From Escherichia phage vB_EcoP_S523: 39,825 bases of DNA. Both the position numbers and the translations under genes were made by a program. Numbering within the stretch: the stretch's first letter is position 1; each line of letters starts with the position of its first letter. The stretch is from the sequence record MH031343, one strand, 5' to 3'. The notes beneath the pieces were generated by a model. The model searched no databases, was not told the origin of the DNA, and saw nothing but the letters and a program-made list of their open reading frames with translations. This document shows, in pieces, positions 7,440-16,896 of the stretch.

Positions 7440-9197
7440 TTACCACTCAATGAAGCAGCTAGAGTCTCCATCGTCCTCGTAGTAGATGTCTACGCCACCA
7501 GCCTCGTAGCTATGGATAGCATCACCACCAATGGTCTGTTTCTCCATGTGGTGTTCAAGGAACTCAAGGGTCATAGCTTCCTCACCTACCTTAGAGTCCA
7601 CCTGCATCCCTTCACGAAGGAACTCGATACCCAATGCGATAGCATCAAGACGGTCATCGTGTGCCACAGCGCCCTTCTCACGAGTCATACGGGTCATCTG
7701 ATAGAACGCACTGTAGCGAACATCATGTTTCCCATCAAGGTCACGAGCGGTCTGGTAGTCCTCACGGATTACTTCGTCACGGATGATAAGGCGGTGTGCA
7801 CCCATCAACGGTTCGATAGTATCGCAGATACGCATCTCCTTCATGCCACGAGCGCGAATCTCTTCTAAGGCACACTTGTGGTGCTTCAGGAGAACCGGAG
7901 AGAATACCTTACCAAACATACCATCACCGAAGTTACTCTCGTGTACGACCGTCTGTACCTTCCACTGCTTGGCCTTCTTAGCGAGCTTCTCTAGGGTAGG
8001 GTCATCGTAGCCACCACGGAACCCACCGACTTCCATCAAGTAGATGTAGCCGTTCAGGGTGTAGAGGACCGCGTAACCCGTTTCATCCTTACCACGACCA
8101 GAGGGGTCAATGACGAGAATCTTTTGCTGGTACTCAGCGGTCTTAGAGGAACACACATGGAAGCTGTGAATGTCGTCACCCTTCAGACCCACGTTAGGAA
8201 GTTCCTCATTGCGGTTCTGACGGTTCGGCAACCACTGGTAGGACAATGGGGCACGTTCAGTGTCCACTGCGCACACGATAGCGTCACGGAGCCTCAGAGG
8301 GTACTTCTCGGCATCACTCAGGTTAGGGTTGAGCATGAACTGTAACGTGTAACCAGCTTTACCATATTCGAGTTCACGTTCACGGAGGTCATCCATATCG
8401 AATCGAACAGGGTCAGTAGGTTGTCCACGAAGTAACTCATAGCCATCATCATACTCGGCCTTAAGCATAGGAGCCAATCGGTCGCCATAGTAGAGAGCCT
8501 CAGCATCATTACGTGGATACTGTGCTGGCCAGATTACTGTGCTATACCCTTTGTTATCCTCAAGTTCCTTATAGAGAGTCATCTCGGTTTGAGGTGTCCC
8601 AAGGTAGATAACACGAGAGGTAGGCAACGGCTTAAGCAACGCAGCAAACTCAGTTACCAACGTCCAGAGCTTCTCACGGGCAGAACTCGTAGAACTGTTG
8701 CCGGGAACCTCAACGTCATCCGCAATGATAATATCAGCACGGCTACCAGTCAACTGACCAGTAATACCTACAGACTTCACAGAAGGTGAGTGGTCGGGTT
8801 TCGCCAAGCCTACGTCAAAGCTAATCACAGAGTCACGCTGTCCCGGTCGAGGTTTCAACTCAGCGAGGAATGGCAGCAGGTCAATGATGTTCTTAATGAA
8901 GATGGAGTTAGCATCCGCACGTTCCTTAGAGGCAGACACGATGAGCACCTTAAGTTGAGGGTCACGCCATAGCACCCACACAACGAACGCACAGGTGATA
9001 AAGGACTTGCCGATACCACGGAACGCCTGAAGGATAAACTTCTTGTGGTCGCCATTAGCGAGTGTACGTGCCATATCAATCTGACACTTGGTTGGTTTAG
9101 GTAAGTTCAGAGCCTTCCATAAGACGAACAGGAAGGCCACGAAGTCACCCTTAAGTTGCGCCACGATGAGCGCATTCTTGTTTGCTTGAGTAGACAT
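7440..9197 (-). CDS. terminase large subunit (gp19), 585 aa
   Basis: Near-colinear with T7 gp19 ([54 protein letters not shown]). Confidence 0.95.
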   Translation of the reverse strand: MSTQANKNALIVAQLKGDFVAFLFVLWKALNLPKPTKCQIDMARTLANGDHKKFILQAFRGIGKSFITCAFVVWVLWRDPQLKVLIVSASKERADANSIFIKNIIDLLPFLAELKPRPGQRDSVISFDVGLAKPDHSPSVKSVGITGQLTGSRADIIIADDVEVPGNSSTSSAREKLWTLVTEFAALLKPLPTSRVIYLGTPQTEMTLYKELEDNKGYSTVIWPAQYPRNDAEALYYGDRLAPMLKAEYDDGYELLRGQPTDPVRFDMDDLRERELEYGKAGYTLQFMLNPNLSDAEKYPLRLRDAIVCAVDTERAPLSYQWLPNRQNRNEELPNVGLKGDDIHSFHVCSSKTAEYQQKILVIDPSGRGKDETGYAVLYTLNGYIYLMEVGGFRGGYDDPTLEKLAKKAKQWKVQTVVHESNFGDGMFGKVFSPVLLKHHKCALEEIRARGMKEMRICDTIEPLMGAHRLIIRDEVIREDYQTARDLDGKHDVRYSAFYQMTRMTREKGAVAHDDRLDAIALGIEFLREGMQVDSKVGEEAMTLEFLEHHMEKQTIGGDAIHSYEAGGVDIYYEDDGDSSCFIEW

Positions 9198-9212
9198 TGT
9201 GGCCTCCTATTG

Positions 9213-9770
9213 TTACTCGGCAGATTTCTCTAAGGCAGCAATGCGCTTCTCAAGAGCCTTGATAGTGTCGGTCTTAGACACAGCCCCGTCGATGTTACTA
9301 GGTTGGAACATAACGGAAGCGCTCTTCCCTTCGCTGTCCACGAACTGTGTACCAAATGCACTATCAGACGCAGAAAGCGTTGCATTGACTAATGAAGACA
9401 CACCACCTTCCGGTTCAGGGTCAGCACCAGTCCACTCTTTGTATACGTCGATTCGAACCATACCGAGCCGCTCAGTGCTTTGCTCATTCAGGAACACCGT
9501 CATGAACCCGCTACCCGGTTTAGACTCGACGGAGCCGCCCCAAGTGGACATAAGGGTCTCGAACGTAGCATGTTGCTCAGTGGTGCCATCACTCAGTTGG
9601 ATAACGTATTCAACCTTAGAGTAGCCATCAACCTTAACCATCTCCGAAGCTGGGATGTCGATACGCCCAACACGAATGCCAATATTGTTGCGGTCATACA
9701 CATCACGACTGTCTGGTGAGCGACCATTGATGGTCCAGAGTGTGCGGGTTCTTGAGTTTGTAGTAGCCAT
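9213..9770 (-). CDS. hypothetical protein, 185 aa, between the spanin genes and the terminase large subunit gene
   Basis: ORF with ATG at 9768-9770 and AAGGAG RBS, packed tightly between gene 18.5 and gene 19; no TM segment; C-terminal heptad-like KALEKRIAALEK; no T7 counterpart at this position. Confidence 0.6.
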   Translation of the reverse strand: MATTNSRTRTLWTINGRSPDSRDVYDRNNIGIRVGRIDIPASEMVKVDGYSKVEYVIQLSDGTTEQHATFETLMSTWGGSVESKPGSGFMTVFLNEQSTERLGMVRIDVYKEWTGADPEPEGGVSSLVNATLSASDSAFGTQFVDSEGKSASVMFQPSNIDGAVSKTDTIKALEKRIAALEKSAE

Positions 9771-9771
9771 A

Positions 9772-10215
9772 TTATTTCTCCTTCTTAGATTGCATTTCAG
9801 TTATTGTATTTTGGAGCGCTTTAATCCACGCATCCCCTCTTTGAGTTACTCCGATAAGACGCTTACTAAACTCTTCGTCAAGTTCGGCTCGACCATCAAC
9901 GAGGCATCCACCGTTAGCTTGGAGTTCTCGTGAGGTGGCTGATAGTTTGACACGCAGCCGCTTACCATCGTTACGCAAATCATTAATGACCCTATCAGTG
10001 CTGCCTTCCAGCGCCGCAAGGTCTTCTTGGTATTGTCGTGAGACTTCATTGAGAGCAGCCTGTTTATCCTCAGTCGCCTTAACTTTCTTAACGTACTCAT
10101 TGTGCACCTCCTGTTCCCATTTAGTGTTAGCCTTGTCATAGCCGTGGTTGTACGCAAGGGTAATTCCCAAGGCAAACGCAGCGATTATGGCGTAGCTCTT
10201 TAAATTCTTGAGCAT
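9772..10215 (-). CDS. inner-membrane spanin (gp18.5, Rz-like), 147 aa
   Basis: N-terminal TM segment and conserved KWEQEVHNEYVKKV ... YQEDLAALEGSTDR as in T7 gp18.5. Confidence 0.85.
   Translation of the reverse strand: MLKNLKSYAIIAAFALGITLAYNHGYDKANTKWEQEVHNEYVKKVKATEDKQAALNEVSRQYQEDLAALEGSTDRVINDLRNDGKRLRVKLSATSRELQANGGCLVDGRAELDEEFSKRLIGVTQRGDAWIKALQNTITEMQSKKEK
9846..10100 (-). CDS. outer-membrane lipoprotein spanin (gp18.7, Rz1-like) embedded in gene 18.5 in another frame, 84 aa
   Basis: ATG at 10098-10100 gives MSTLRKLRRLR...; lipobox-like LIGSLMICVTMVSGC; proline-rich C-terminus ending SLMVEPNLT like T7 gp18.7. Confidence 0.7.
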   Translation of the reverse strand: MSTLRKLRRLRINRLLSMKSHDNTKKTLRRWKAALIGSLMICVTMVSGCVSNYQPPHENSKLTVDASLMVEPNLTKSLVSVLSE

Positions 10216-10313
10216 AACTACCCTCCCGTATTTTCAGATTTCACGTAGCGTCACCGTGAGTTGTGTTGATAATTCATAAAGACCACTAGATGTAGTGGCC
10301 TTGAGTATTACCA

Positions 10314-10583
10314 TCAGTTAAGTGTGTACTTCTCATCTTCAGTGAGGCCATCAGCACCAACTAGGTTCTGGTACTCTTCGAGTCCATCTGCCAGTCCACC
10401 AAGGATGTTACGGTCTGGTTGTAACTTGGAGACTTGGAACTTATGGCGCTCTAACAGTTTCCCGATTGCGTTGTACAATTGAGGTGTACGGCGTTCATCG
10501 TTCTGCAAGTCAGCAAGCATACGTTGAGCCATCTCAGTGTCCAGCATCTCAAGGAATTGAATTAAGGACTTATCATTAGACAT
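10314..10583 (-). CDS. terminase small subunit (gp18), 89 aa
   Basis: MSNDKSLIQFLEMLDT...; same length as T7 gp18. Confidence 0.85.
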   Translation of the reverse strand: MSNDKSLIQFLEMLDTEMAQRMLADLQNDERRTPQLYNAIGKLLERHKFQVSKLQPDRNILGGLADGLEEYQNLVGADGLTEDEKYTLN

Positions 10584-10782
10584 CTTTACCCTCCTTCTTC
10601 CATTTGATAATCACATCGACTACCTTGGCACCAATTTGAGCCACTGTGTAGGCAATTGCGGCTACATAGAACCACTCGTTAAGGGACAGTCCGAAGAACA
10701 GACGGGCAGCACCATCGGCTACACCTGTCCCTACAATCGGAGCAGCCTTCACTACCTCGTTGTTAAAGTCTAAAGACAACAT
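10576..10782 (-). CDS. holin (gp17.5, class II), 68 aa
   Basis: MLSLDFNNE..AAPIVGTGVAD...FGLSLNEWFYVAAIAYTV like T7 gp17.5; overlaps gene 18 start. Confidence 0.85.
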   Translation of the reverse strand: MLSLDFNNEVVKAAPIVGTGVADGAARLFFGLSLNEWFYVAAIAYTVAQIGAKVVDVIIKWKKEGKDV

Positions 10783-10829
10783 TGTGTCCTCCTTATTGTT
10801 GAGACCATCCGTGGTCTATATGTTGTCCG

Positions 10830-12854
10830 TTATTGGGTTTGAACTAAGATTCTCGTAGGTACAGAACTACGGTCAGCATCATTACGGAAAGTTCTCCCGT
10901 TGTTGGAGATTGTGAACTGTAACCACCCGCCCATAGAAGAGATGTAGTATGCACCGTTATCACCAATCTGAACAGGGTTCCAGCGTCCTCGAGTTTGAAT
11001 CCAGATGGTTCTCCATCGGACATCCTGTGAGAGACCTACGGATACCCCACCACCAGCGGAACCTTTCCACACCTCAGCCCAGCCAGCATTCTTACGAATG
11101 TATCGACCGTCAGCGGCACCTTGGGTTAAACGACCATTAACTAGGTTGTTCACCTCTCTTTTGTTATAGGCATGTTCACCAAGGCGTTTGTTGACCCAAC
11201 CGTCGATGTAAGAATCATACTTCTTGATGTATAAGTTACCATCTGCCGCAATCTGCCACCCCTTACTACTTGCCAATGCGCCTTGAATAGTCATTGTAAG
11301 GGCATGTTCATTACCGCCATCCCCCTTGAGTTGGATGATACCATCGTGGAAGTTGTTGCTACCCTTGGATACCATACCGATGGAGAATGCCGCCGGATAA
11401 CCATTAGAGCGTCTACCATATTGTTTAATCATAGGGTAATACACGTTGCCATCCTGATTTCCGGGGAGGCTTTGCGAGTAGGGGGCATTGTTATTCAACT
11501 GGTTTGCGAACCCTCCTGACCCAAAAGTTGACTCAGTGTAGAATCGCTCATCAGCCCTGATATACTTAGATACTCGAAGATAACCATCCATAGATACGTT
11601 CTGGTAGAACCGTGAATCATGGTGAGAGTGGAATCCACCGTAGAAATCGTGGCGTCCGTTCCCATTGGAGCGACCATCAGGCCACTTAGATGGGTCCGTG
11701 TTTGTAAACACATAGTAGTCCATGCGTTTTGGTCCGGCCTGAATCCACTGTTCCCAAACAGTCTCCTTACTGCCCTCCCCACGCCATTGGGTCCACACCA
11801 AGTCAACTGGCTGTGTACCAGCACCTTTTGCATCATTTCGCAACGTAAAGTCCTTACCAGATACTTTGCGCTTGAAGTAAACATCAGGAGCCTCAACCCT
11901 GTCGATAGCCTCAGCTAGTGAGTTCATATTACCCAACTTGTCAGCCTCAGCCTTAGCACGGTCAGCCTCACCTTTGGAGCGGTTTGCCTCAGTGTTGGCT
12001 CGGTCAGCATGTCCCTTAGCGGTCTCAACATGTGCAGCAGCTTTGGCAACCTCAGCAGCAGCTTTAGTCACTTCTCCGGCAGCACGATTGGCCTCATCAC
12101 GGGCACGATTGGCCTCAGAGTTGGAACGGTCAGCTTGCTTCTTGGCCTCAGCGACACTTGCGGTCATACTATCAGCATAACCTTTAGCTCGGTTAGCCTC
12201 AGAGTTGGAACGGTCAGCTTGCTTCTTGGACTCAACTGCTTGTTGCGTAGAGACACCTGCCTGTTGCGTTGAGCGGTCAGCTTCACGTTGAGCACGGTTG
12301 GCCTCATCACGAGAACGGTTTGCTTCCTTATTGGCCCTGTCAGCGTGTTCGTTAGCTTTTGTTACGGCATTCCATGCAGAGGATTCACGCTCTTTAACCT
12401 GCTTTAAAGGAACGGCATCATAGTCACTTGTGGCATACGCCAAGTTAACAATCTTACGACCACGAGCATCTAAGTGACCGTCATTGTTGACACCAATGGT
12501 ATCCGCAGTGAGGTCTCGTGCTTCTTCAGCAACATGCAGTGTTTGAATCTGCGAGATGTTCAGGTCATATGCACGGAGGATTGAGCCATCAGCAAGGTCA
12601 ACCAGACGATCAGTAGCCGAAGTGAATCGACGAATCTCAATCATCTGGTAGCCATCAGCGGCAGTCCACGCACGGGTAGTAGTAATTTGAGTCTTACTGG
12701 TAAAACGATAGTCCTGATTGAGAACCAGTTCTTTACGGTCTTTACCAATAAGTGTCACTTGGATGAACTTACGTGCCAGATAATCAAAGGTAATCGTGAA
12801 ATTCACGGCACCATTCAGCGGGTAAGTCATCACAGTACGAATCTTGTTAGCCAT
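10830..12854 (-). CDS. tail fiber protein (gp17), 674 aa, with extended shaft and distal domain
   Basis: N-terminal about 150 aa and C-terminal about 90 aa match T7 gp17 (FEYLARKF..VTLIG, GSAGGGVSV..SQD); central ADRxNxEANR repeats; about 120 aa longer than T7 gp17 (553 aa). Confidence 0.9.
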   Translation of the reverse strand: MANKIRTVMTYPLNGAVNFTITFDYLARKFIQVTLIGKDRKELVLNQDYRFTSKTQITTTRAWTAADGYQMIEIRRFTSATDRLVDLADGSILRAYDLNISQIQTLHVAEEARDLTADTIGVNNDGHLDARGRKIVNLAYATSDYDAVPLKQVKERESSAWNAVTKANEHADRANKEANRSRDEANRAQREADRSTQQAGVSTQQAVESKKQADRSNSEANRAKGYADSMTASVAEAKKQADRSNSEANRARDEANRAAGEVTKAAAEVAKAAAHVETAKGHADRANTEANRSKGEADRAKAEADKLGNMNSLAEAIDRVEAPDVYFKRKVSGKDFTLRNDAKGAGTQPVDLVWTQWRGEGSKETVWEQWIQAGPKRMDYYVFTNTDPSKWPDGRSNGNGRHDFYGGFHSHHDSRFYQNVSMDGYLRVSKYIRADERFYTESTFGSGGFANQLNNNAPYSQSLPGNQDGNVYYPMIKQYGRRSNGYPAAFSIGMVSKGSNNFHDGIIQLKGDGGNEHALTMTIQGALASSKGWQIAADGNLYIKKYDSYIDGWVNKRLGEHAYNKREVNNLVNGRLTQGAADGRYIRKNAGWAEVWKGSAGGGVSVGLSQDVRWRTIWIQTRGRWNPVQIGDNGAYYISSMGGWLQFTISNNGRTFRNDADRSSVPTRILVQTQ
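12112..12229 (-). repeat. in-frame direct repeat inside tail fiber shaft region (34-nt identical copies at 12112..12145 and 12196..12229, 84 nt apart)
   Basis: gcctcagagttggaacggtcagcttgcttcttgg occurs twice; encodes repeated KKQADRSNSEANRA. Confidence 0.7.
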
Positions 12855-12901
12855 CTGTAGCCTCCTTTCGAATGTGTTGGATAGAGGGAAGCTGTGTGAG
12901 C

Positions 12902-12924
12902 CTTCCCATTAGTGAGTCGTATTG
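12902..12924 (-). promoter_or_regulatory. phage RNAP promoter upstream of tail fiber gene (phi17-like), CAATACGACTCACTAATGGGAAG
   Basis: Promoter core match about 50 nt upstream of gene 17 ATG. Confidence 0.75.
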
Positions 12925-12925
12925 A

Positions 12926-15900
12926 TTACTTCTTGTCAGCCTTAAGGTGAACACCATTAGCCTCATAGAACTTAATGAGCATCTGTTGAGTGATAGGGTC
13001 ATTAGGAACCATCTCACGATGAGCGTTCATCAAGCCAGTCATCATCTCACGCTCGGTCACTTTGTTAGGAGCCGTTAGGACACCATAAGCATTTCGACCA
13101 GCAGCAAGGGTTGCCCCAGCGAAACCAAGAGCGGGAATCTGTTCACCAATAGCGCCCATGATGGATTCTCCCATATCACGAGAGGTCACTGCTTTATTCC
13201 GGTCACGCTTGTCTTCTCCTTTCGGTAGAATCGTAGAGCGCACCATGAGACCTTGGTCGTAACCAGCAGCACCCATAGCGAAGTTGGCGATACTCAACGG
13301 GGAACCTAAGTGTGAACTACGGGAGGCCGCAGCGTAGGCAATCATCTTCGGGTCGAGGGCTTTCTTCAAGTAATCCTTCTGTTGCTCTTTAGGAAGACCA
13401 GCAGCTTTCAAGTGAGCCTGTGCCACATAGTAGGAGCCAGCAATGCCACCAGAGATAGCATAGGTCAGCGCCATGTCCATAGCACGGTGGTTCTTAAAGG
13501 CTTCGTTGCCAGAGCGGATAAACTTAGAGTTCATCGACTTGATGACAAACGACTTAAACTGAAGGACTAACTTAGGGATAGCACCATACGCATGGGAATC
13601 CTGTAGGGAAACCTTATGAGGTCGGAGCATCGTTTCATCAGCAACCTTATCAGCTAAACGCCATAAGTCCATAGCACGAGGGTCATTCGCCAGCTTGCGC
13701 TTATCCTTGAAGGTGAACTTACCGTCTTCACCACGAGTCACGTTCTCACGAATGAGGTTCTGAATGCCTTCCCACTGTTCCTTAGAGATACTCGCAGACT
13801 TCAGCATGTCACCTTTAATCCACTTGTTGGCACCTTTGCCAGTGATAGCATGAGTGACCACATCTCCCATCACACCCTGTCGAGCCATATCGAGAATGTA
13901 GTTTGACGTACCATTCAGGAACTTGGTGAGCGGGGAGCGAGCAGCTAACTCTTGAGTCGTGTGCTTGATAGTCCCTACAGCCTTAGCAGCCATATCTGGA
14001 GTATCGGTTGACTCGCGTAGTCGCTGAACGATGTCTTGACGAGTCGGACGAATCAGGTCGTCGAACTCTTTACCAAACACCATTGAGTGGAGTTCCTTGA
14101 GTTCCTTACCAGAGACTGGCTTGTTGCGGAACGCTAAGTCACGCAGAGCAGGAATACCATGCAGCATCGCACGAGTGTTACCCTTTGCTAAGAGACCAGA
14201 GATTTCAGTTAGGTTCTGCAAGCCCATGTATGCGTTCTTCGTAAAGAATGACATATCGGACAGAGCGCGAACCATAGTGTCACCTACGGTATCCTGATTG
14301 CGACGAGCGCGACCAGTGAGAATCTTAACGGTATCTTTCAGTGCCTCTACTTCACCTTTCATCGTACCCTTCCCTTCTGACTTCTTATCGAGAGCCATAA
14401 TGGAATCTTTCAGTTCAGCAGTTGTCTTCCCTGTTCCACCCATGATTGCAATGTCACCATCAACACGTCGGTCATAGGCTGGCATCACACGCTTCATATC
14501 GAAGTCACGGAGGTCATTCACAGAGAACGGCTGTCCATTCGGTAAGGTAACTGGCATGTCAGAGTCGAATAGGTTACGGGCTTCAAGGAACGAGTTGTTC
14601 TCAATCCCCACGAGACCCTCAATGTTATCGTCGATGACACTTGAAGAGTTGAACTCATCAGTCTTCGCAATACCATAAGCCTTATCGCTGGCATGTTTCA
14701 TCACCATCTCTTCGGTAACAGCCTTTGGGTCGATACCCAAGGTCTCCGCTAAGTGCTCATCCACACGAGCCTTAACTTCAGGACGTGAACGGTAAGAGGT
14801 CATCCAGCTTGCAGCGATAGCTTCCTGTAAACCGTCAGTACCGCCAAGAGCCTGTGAGTACAACTGCTTGGCTTCCCGCGAGTACACATGAGGAACGTAA
14901 GTCCCTTTGTGACGACTATTGGGGAAGATAGAAGTTGCCTTGTTACCAAACATAGACGGGTTCTCCATCATCTCACGCTTGAGGTCGAAATGTTCCTTCA
15001 TGATGTCCATTACCTTACGCTCAGCCTTCGTTAAGTTGGCCTGAAGTTCTGGACGCTCAATAGCGATTGCAGCACGACGATAGATTTCCTGACGAGCACC
15101 TTGAGCACCCTGCTTGAACATACCCACAGACCACTCAGGGTCAGCCATAGCTTCCTTCATTGCACTATAGAGGTCGTTGTAGGTTCGTTGGTTCGTACTG
15201 TGCAGACGCTCTTTAATGTCAGAGGCAGTAGCACCGAACTTACCGTGAGTACCTGACTCCATACCTGTAGGTGAGCGCACTAAGTCCTTAGCGAGACCAC
15301 GGATTTCAGCGTGTTCAGAACGTAAAGTCCTCAAGCCGATTTCACTCAGTCCACGCATAGGCAAGCCCCACGCAGCACGTTCAGGGTCTACTTCTGCGAA
15401 CTCTTTGGCTGTCATTGGGTTAGCCAAGTTTGTATCACTGATAATGGAACCATCACGCAACACTACGGCACCCGGTTCAGTTTCAAGAGGTGAATACTCA
15501 ACGCCATTGTGATTCGAGAACACTCGGTCTTCACTAGGAGGCATACGGCTTGCGTCGTGCCCACCTGTGTTACGTGCAGTCTCACGAGCCTCAAAGCGCA
15601 TCTGTGCAGCAGCGAATGGGTTCTCAATCTGTTCAGCACCGGACTTACGGAGACCAGCAGCCACACCATCAGCGATAGCAGTAAGGCCACCAGCGAACAG
15701 CATACCAGCAAGGGCAGCTTCAGCATAGTGAGCATCACCGCCAGCAACCGATGTGCGGAGTCCTTCAGAGGCCACGTTGAGAGCGCCAGCTTGAGCACCT
15801 ACAATCAACGCCTTGTTAACCAGCTTGAACCCTTTAGCCGCAGTCCCAGCGATAGGAACGTAGGTCAACGGGTCAACACCAGCACCAATAAGGCCAGCAG

Positions 15901-16873
15901 ACAGTTTGGCACCAACCCCAGCATCAGCGGCCTTAGAGTCCAACTCGAAGTTCTCATTGGCTAACTTGATGAGTTCATCCAGATTCTCAGAGGAACCTCC
16001 CAGCACTACGTTCATGTACGCAGGGTTCTTCACTTCGTTGCGAATCTTTTCGAGTTCTTCAGGCGACCAAATGTGGCTATTAAACCGTGTCGGTTGAAGT
16101 ACGTCAGTAACAACATCGAAACCATTATCACGCTTACCAGCACGGAAGGCCACACCCAATGTTGAGTTGGAGAGTTCTGCTTCAGTAGCATTGCCGAATC
16201 CGAAGAAGGTTGAACGCTCGTTAGCTTCGTCGAGTGTAGTTCCTTTGGCTTCCCAATAGTCTTTACCGAACGGCTGATTGGGAGCGGCCTGTTCTTTACC
16301 TTGAAAGGACATTGAGTGAGACTCAGGGAGTTCAGTTGTTACCTTTCCTTTCTTCCCGATACCACTCATCGCAGCATCAAACGGAATCCCTTTAGCCTTT
16401 GGGGTGATACCACCGAATGACTCAATGTCCCCACTCTTAGGTGACTTAGCGACATCCAGAAGTGAACGCAGATAGTTACGACCTTCATCCCCAATGTTGG
16501 CAAAGTTGCCAGAATCGTAGGCTTCCAGTTGTGGCTTACCATTGCGTCCTTCACCTTGGTTGTACGCTAGGGCAGCTTTAAGTTCATCGCCATCGTACTT
16601 CTTAACGAGGTCTGCAAGGTAACGAGCACCTGCATCAATGGACTTAGCCGGGTCAGTGAAGTCCTCATCGTTCTGGAGACCATAAGCCTGACCAGTTGCC
16701 TTAGTGAACTGCATGACACCTCGCGGCCCTGTTGGTGATTGAGCCGTAGGTTTAAAGCGGGACTCTACCCAACCGACCTTCCGAAGAAGGCCATAGGAGA
16801 CTCCATGTGTGTCAGCAGCTTGTTGAAATAACGCATCATATTCATGCGGTTCGTTCGGGTTATACTTATCCAC
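12926..16873 (-). CDS. internal virion protein D (gp16) with N-terminal lytic transglycosylase domain, 1315 aa
   Basis: Length and N-terminal SLT-like motif (GVSYGLLRKVGWVESRF, GPRGVMQFTKAT) as in T7 gp16; conserved C-terminus. Confidence 0.95.
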   Translation of the reverse strand: MDKYNPNEPHEYDALFQQAADTHGVSYGLLRKVGWVESRFKPTAQSPTGPRGVMQFTKATGQAYGLQNDEDFTDPAKSIDAGARYLADLVKKYDGDELKAALAYNQGEGRNGKPQLEAYDSGNFANIGDEGRNYLRSLLDVAKSPKSGDIESFGGITPKAKGIPFDAAMSGIGKKGKVTTELPESHSMSFQGKEQAAPNQPFGKDYWEAKGTTLDEANERSTFFGFGNATEAELSNSTLGVAFRAGKRDNGFDVVTDVLQPTRFNSHIWSPEELEKIRNEVKNPAYMNVVLGGSSENLDELIKLANENFELDSKAADAGVGAKLSAGLIGAGVDPLTYVPIAGTAAKGFKLVNKALIVGAQAGALNVASEGLRTSVAGGDAHYAEAALAGMLFAGGLTAIADGVAAGLRKSGAEQIENPFAAAQMRFEARETARNTGGHDASRMPPSEDRVFSNHNGVEYSPLETEPGAVVLRDGSIISDTNLANPMTAKEFAEVDPERAAWGLPMRGLSEIGLRTLRSEHAEIRGLAKDLVRSPTGMESGTHGKFGATASDIKERLHSTNQRTYNDLYSAMKEAMADPEWSVGMFKQGAQGARQEIYRRAAIAIERPELQANLTKAERKVMDIMKEHFDLKREMMENPSMFGNKATSIFPNSRHKGTYVPHVYSREAKQLYSQALGGTDGLQEAIAASWMTSYRSRPEVKARVDEHLAETLGIDPKAVTEEMVMKHASDKAYGIAKTDEFNSSSVIDDNIEGLVGIENNSFLEARNLFDSDMPVTLPNGQPFSVNDLRDFDMKRVMPAYDRRVDGDIAIMGGTGKTTAELKDSIMALDKKSEGKGTMKGEVEALKDTVKILTGRARRNQDTVGDTMVRALSDMSFFTKNAYMGLQNLTEISGLLAKGNTRAMLHGIPALRDLAFRNKPVSGKELKELHSMVFGKEFDDLIRPTRQDIVQRLRESTDTPDMAAKAVGTIKHTTQELAARSPLTKFLNGTSNYILDMARQGVMGDVVTHAITGKGANKWIKGDMLKSASISKEQWEGIQNLIRENVTRGEDGKFTFKDKRKLANDPRAMDLWRLADKVADETMLRPHKVSLQDSHAYGAIPKLVLQFKSFVIKSMNSKFIRSGNEAFKNHRAMDMALTYAISGGIAGSYYVAQAHLKAAGLPKEQQKDYLKKALDPKMIAYAAASRSSHLGSPLSIANFAMGAAGYDQGLMVRSTILPKGEDKRDRNKAVTSRDMGESIMGAIGEQIPALGFAGATLAAGRNAYGVLTAPNKVTEREMMTGLMNAHREMVPNDPITQQMLIKFYEANGVHLKADKK

Positions 16874-16896
16874 TTGGAACCTCCTATCGTGGTCTG

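Noticed and set aside
8318-9079. Short minus-strand ORFs embedded in the terminase gene (8318..8509, 8855..9079) as possible gene 19.2/19.3
   Set aside because: T7 annotates embedded ORFs here, but these are Cys/Ser-rich alternative-frame translations without recognisable starts or RBS; not supportable from sequence alone.
10790-10825. Perfect 6-bp hairpin (AGACCA-UCCG-UGGUCU) between tail fiber and holin genes considered as a terminator
   Set aside because: No U-tract follows; more likely a minor RNA structure or processing site, not a convincing intrinsic terminator.
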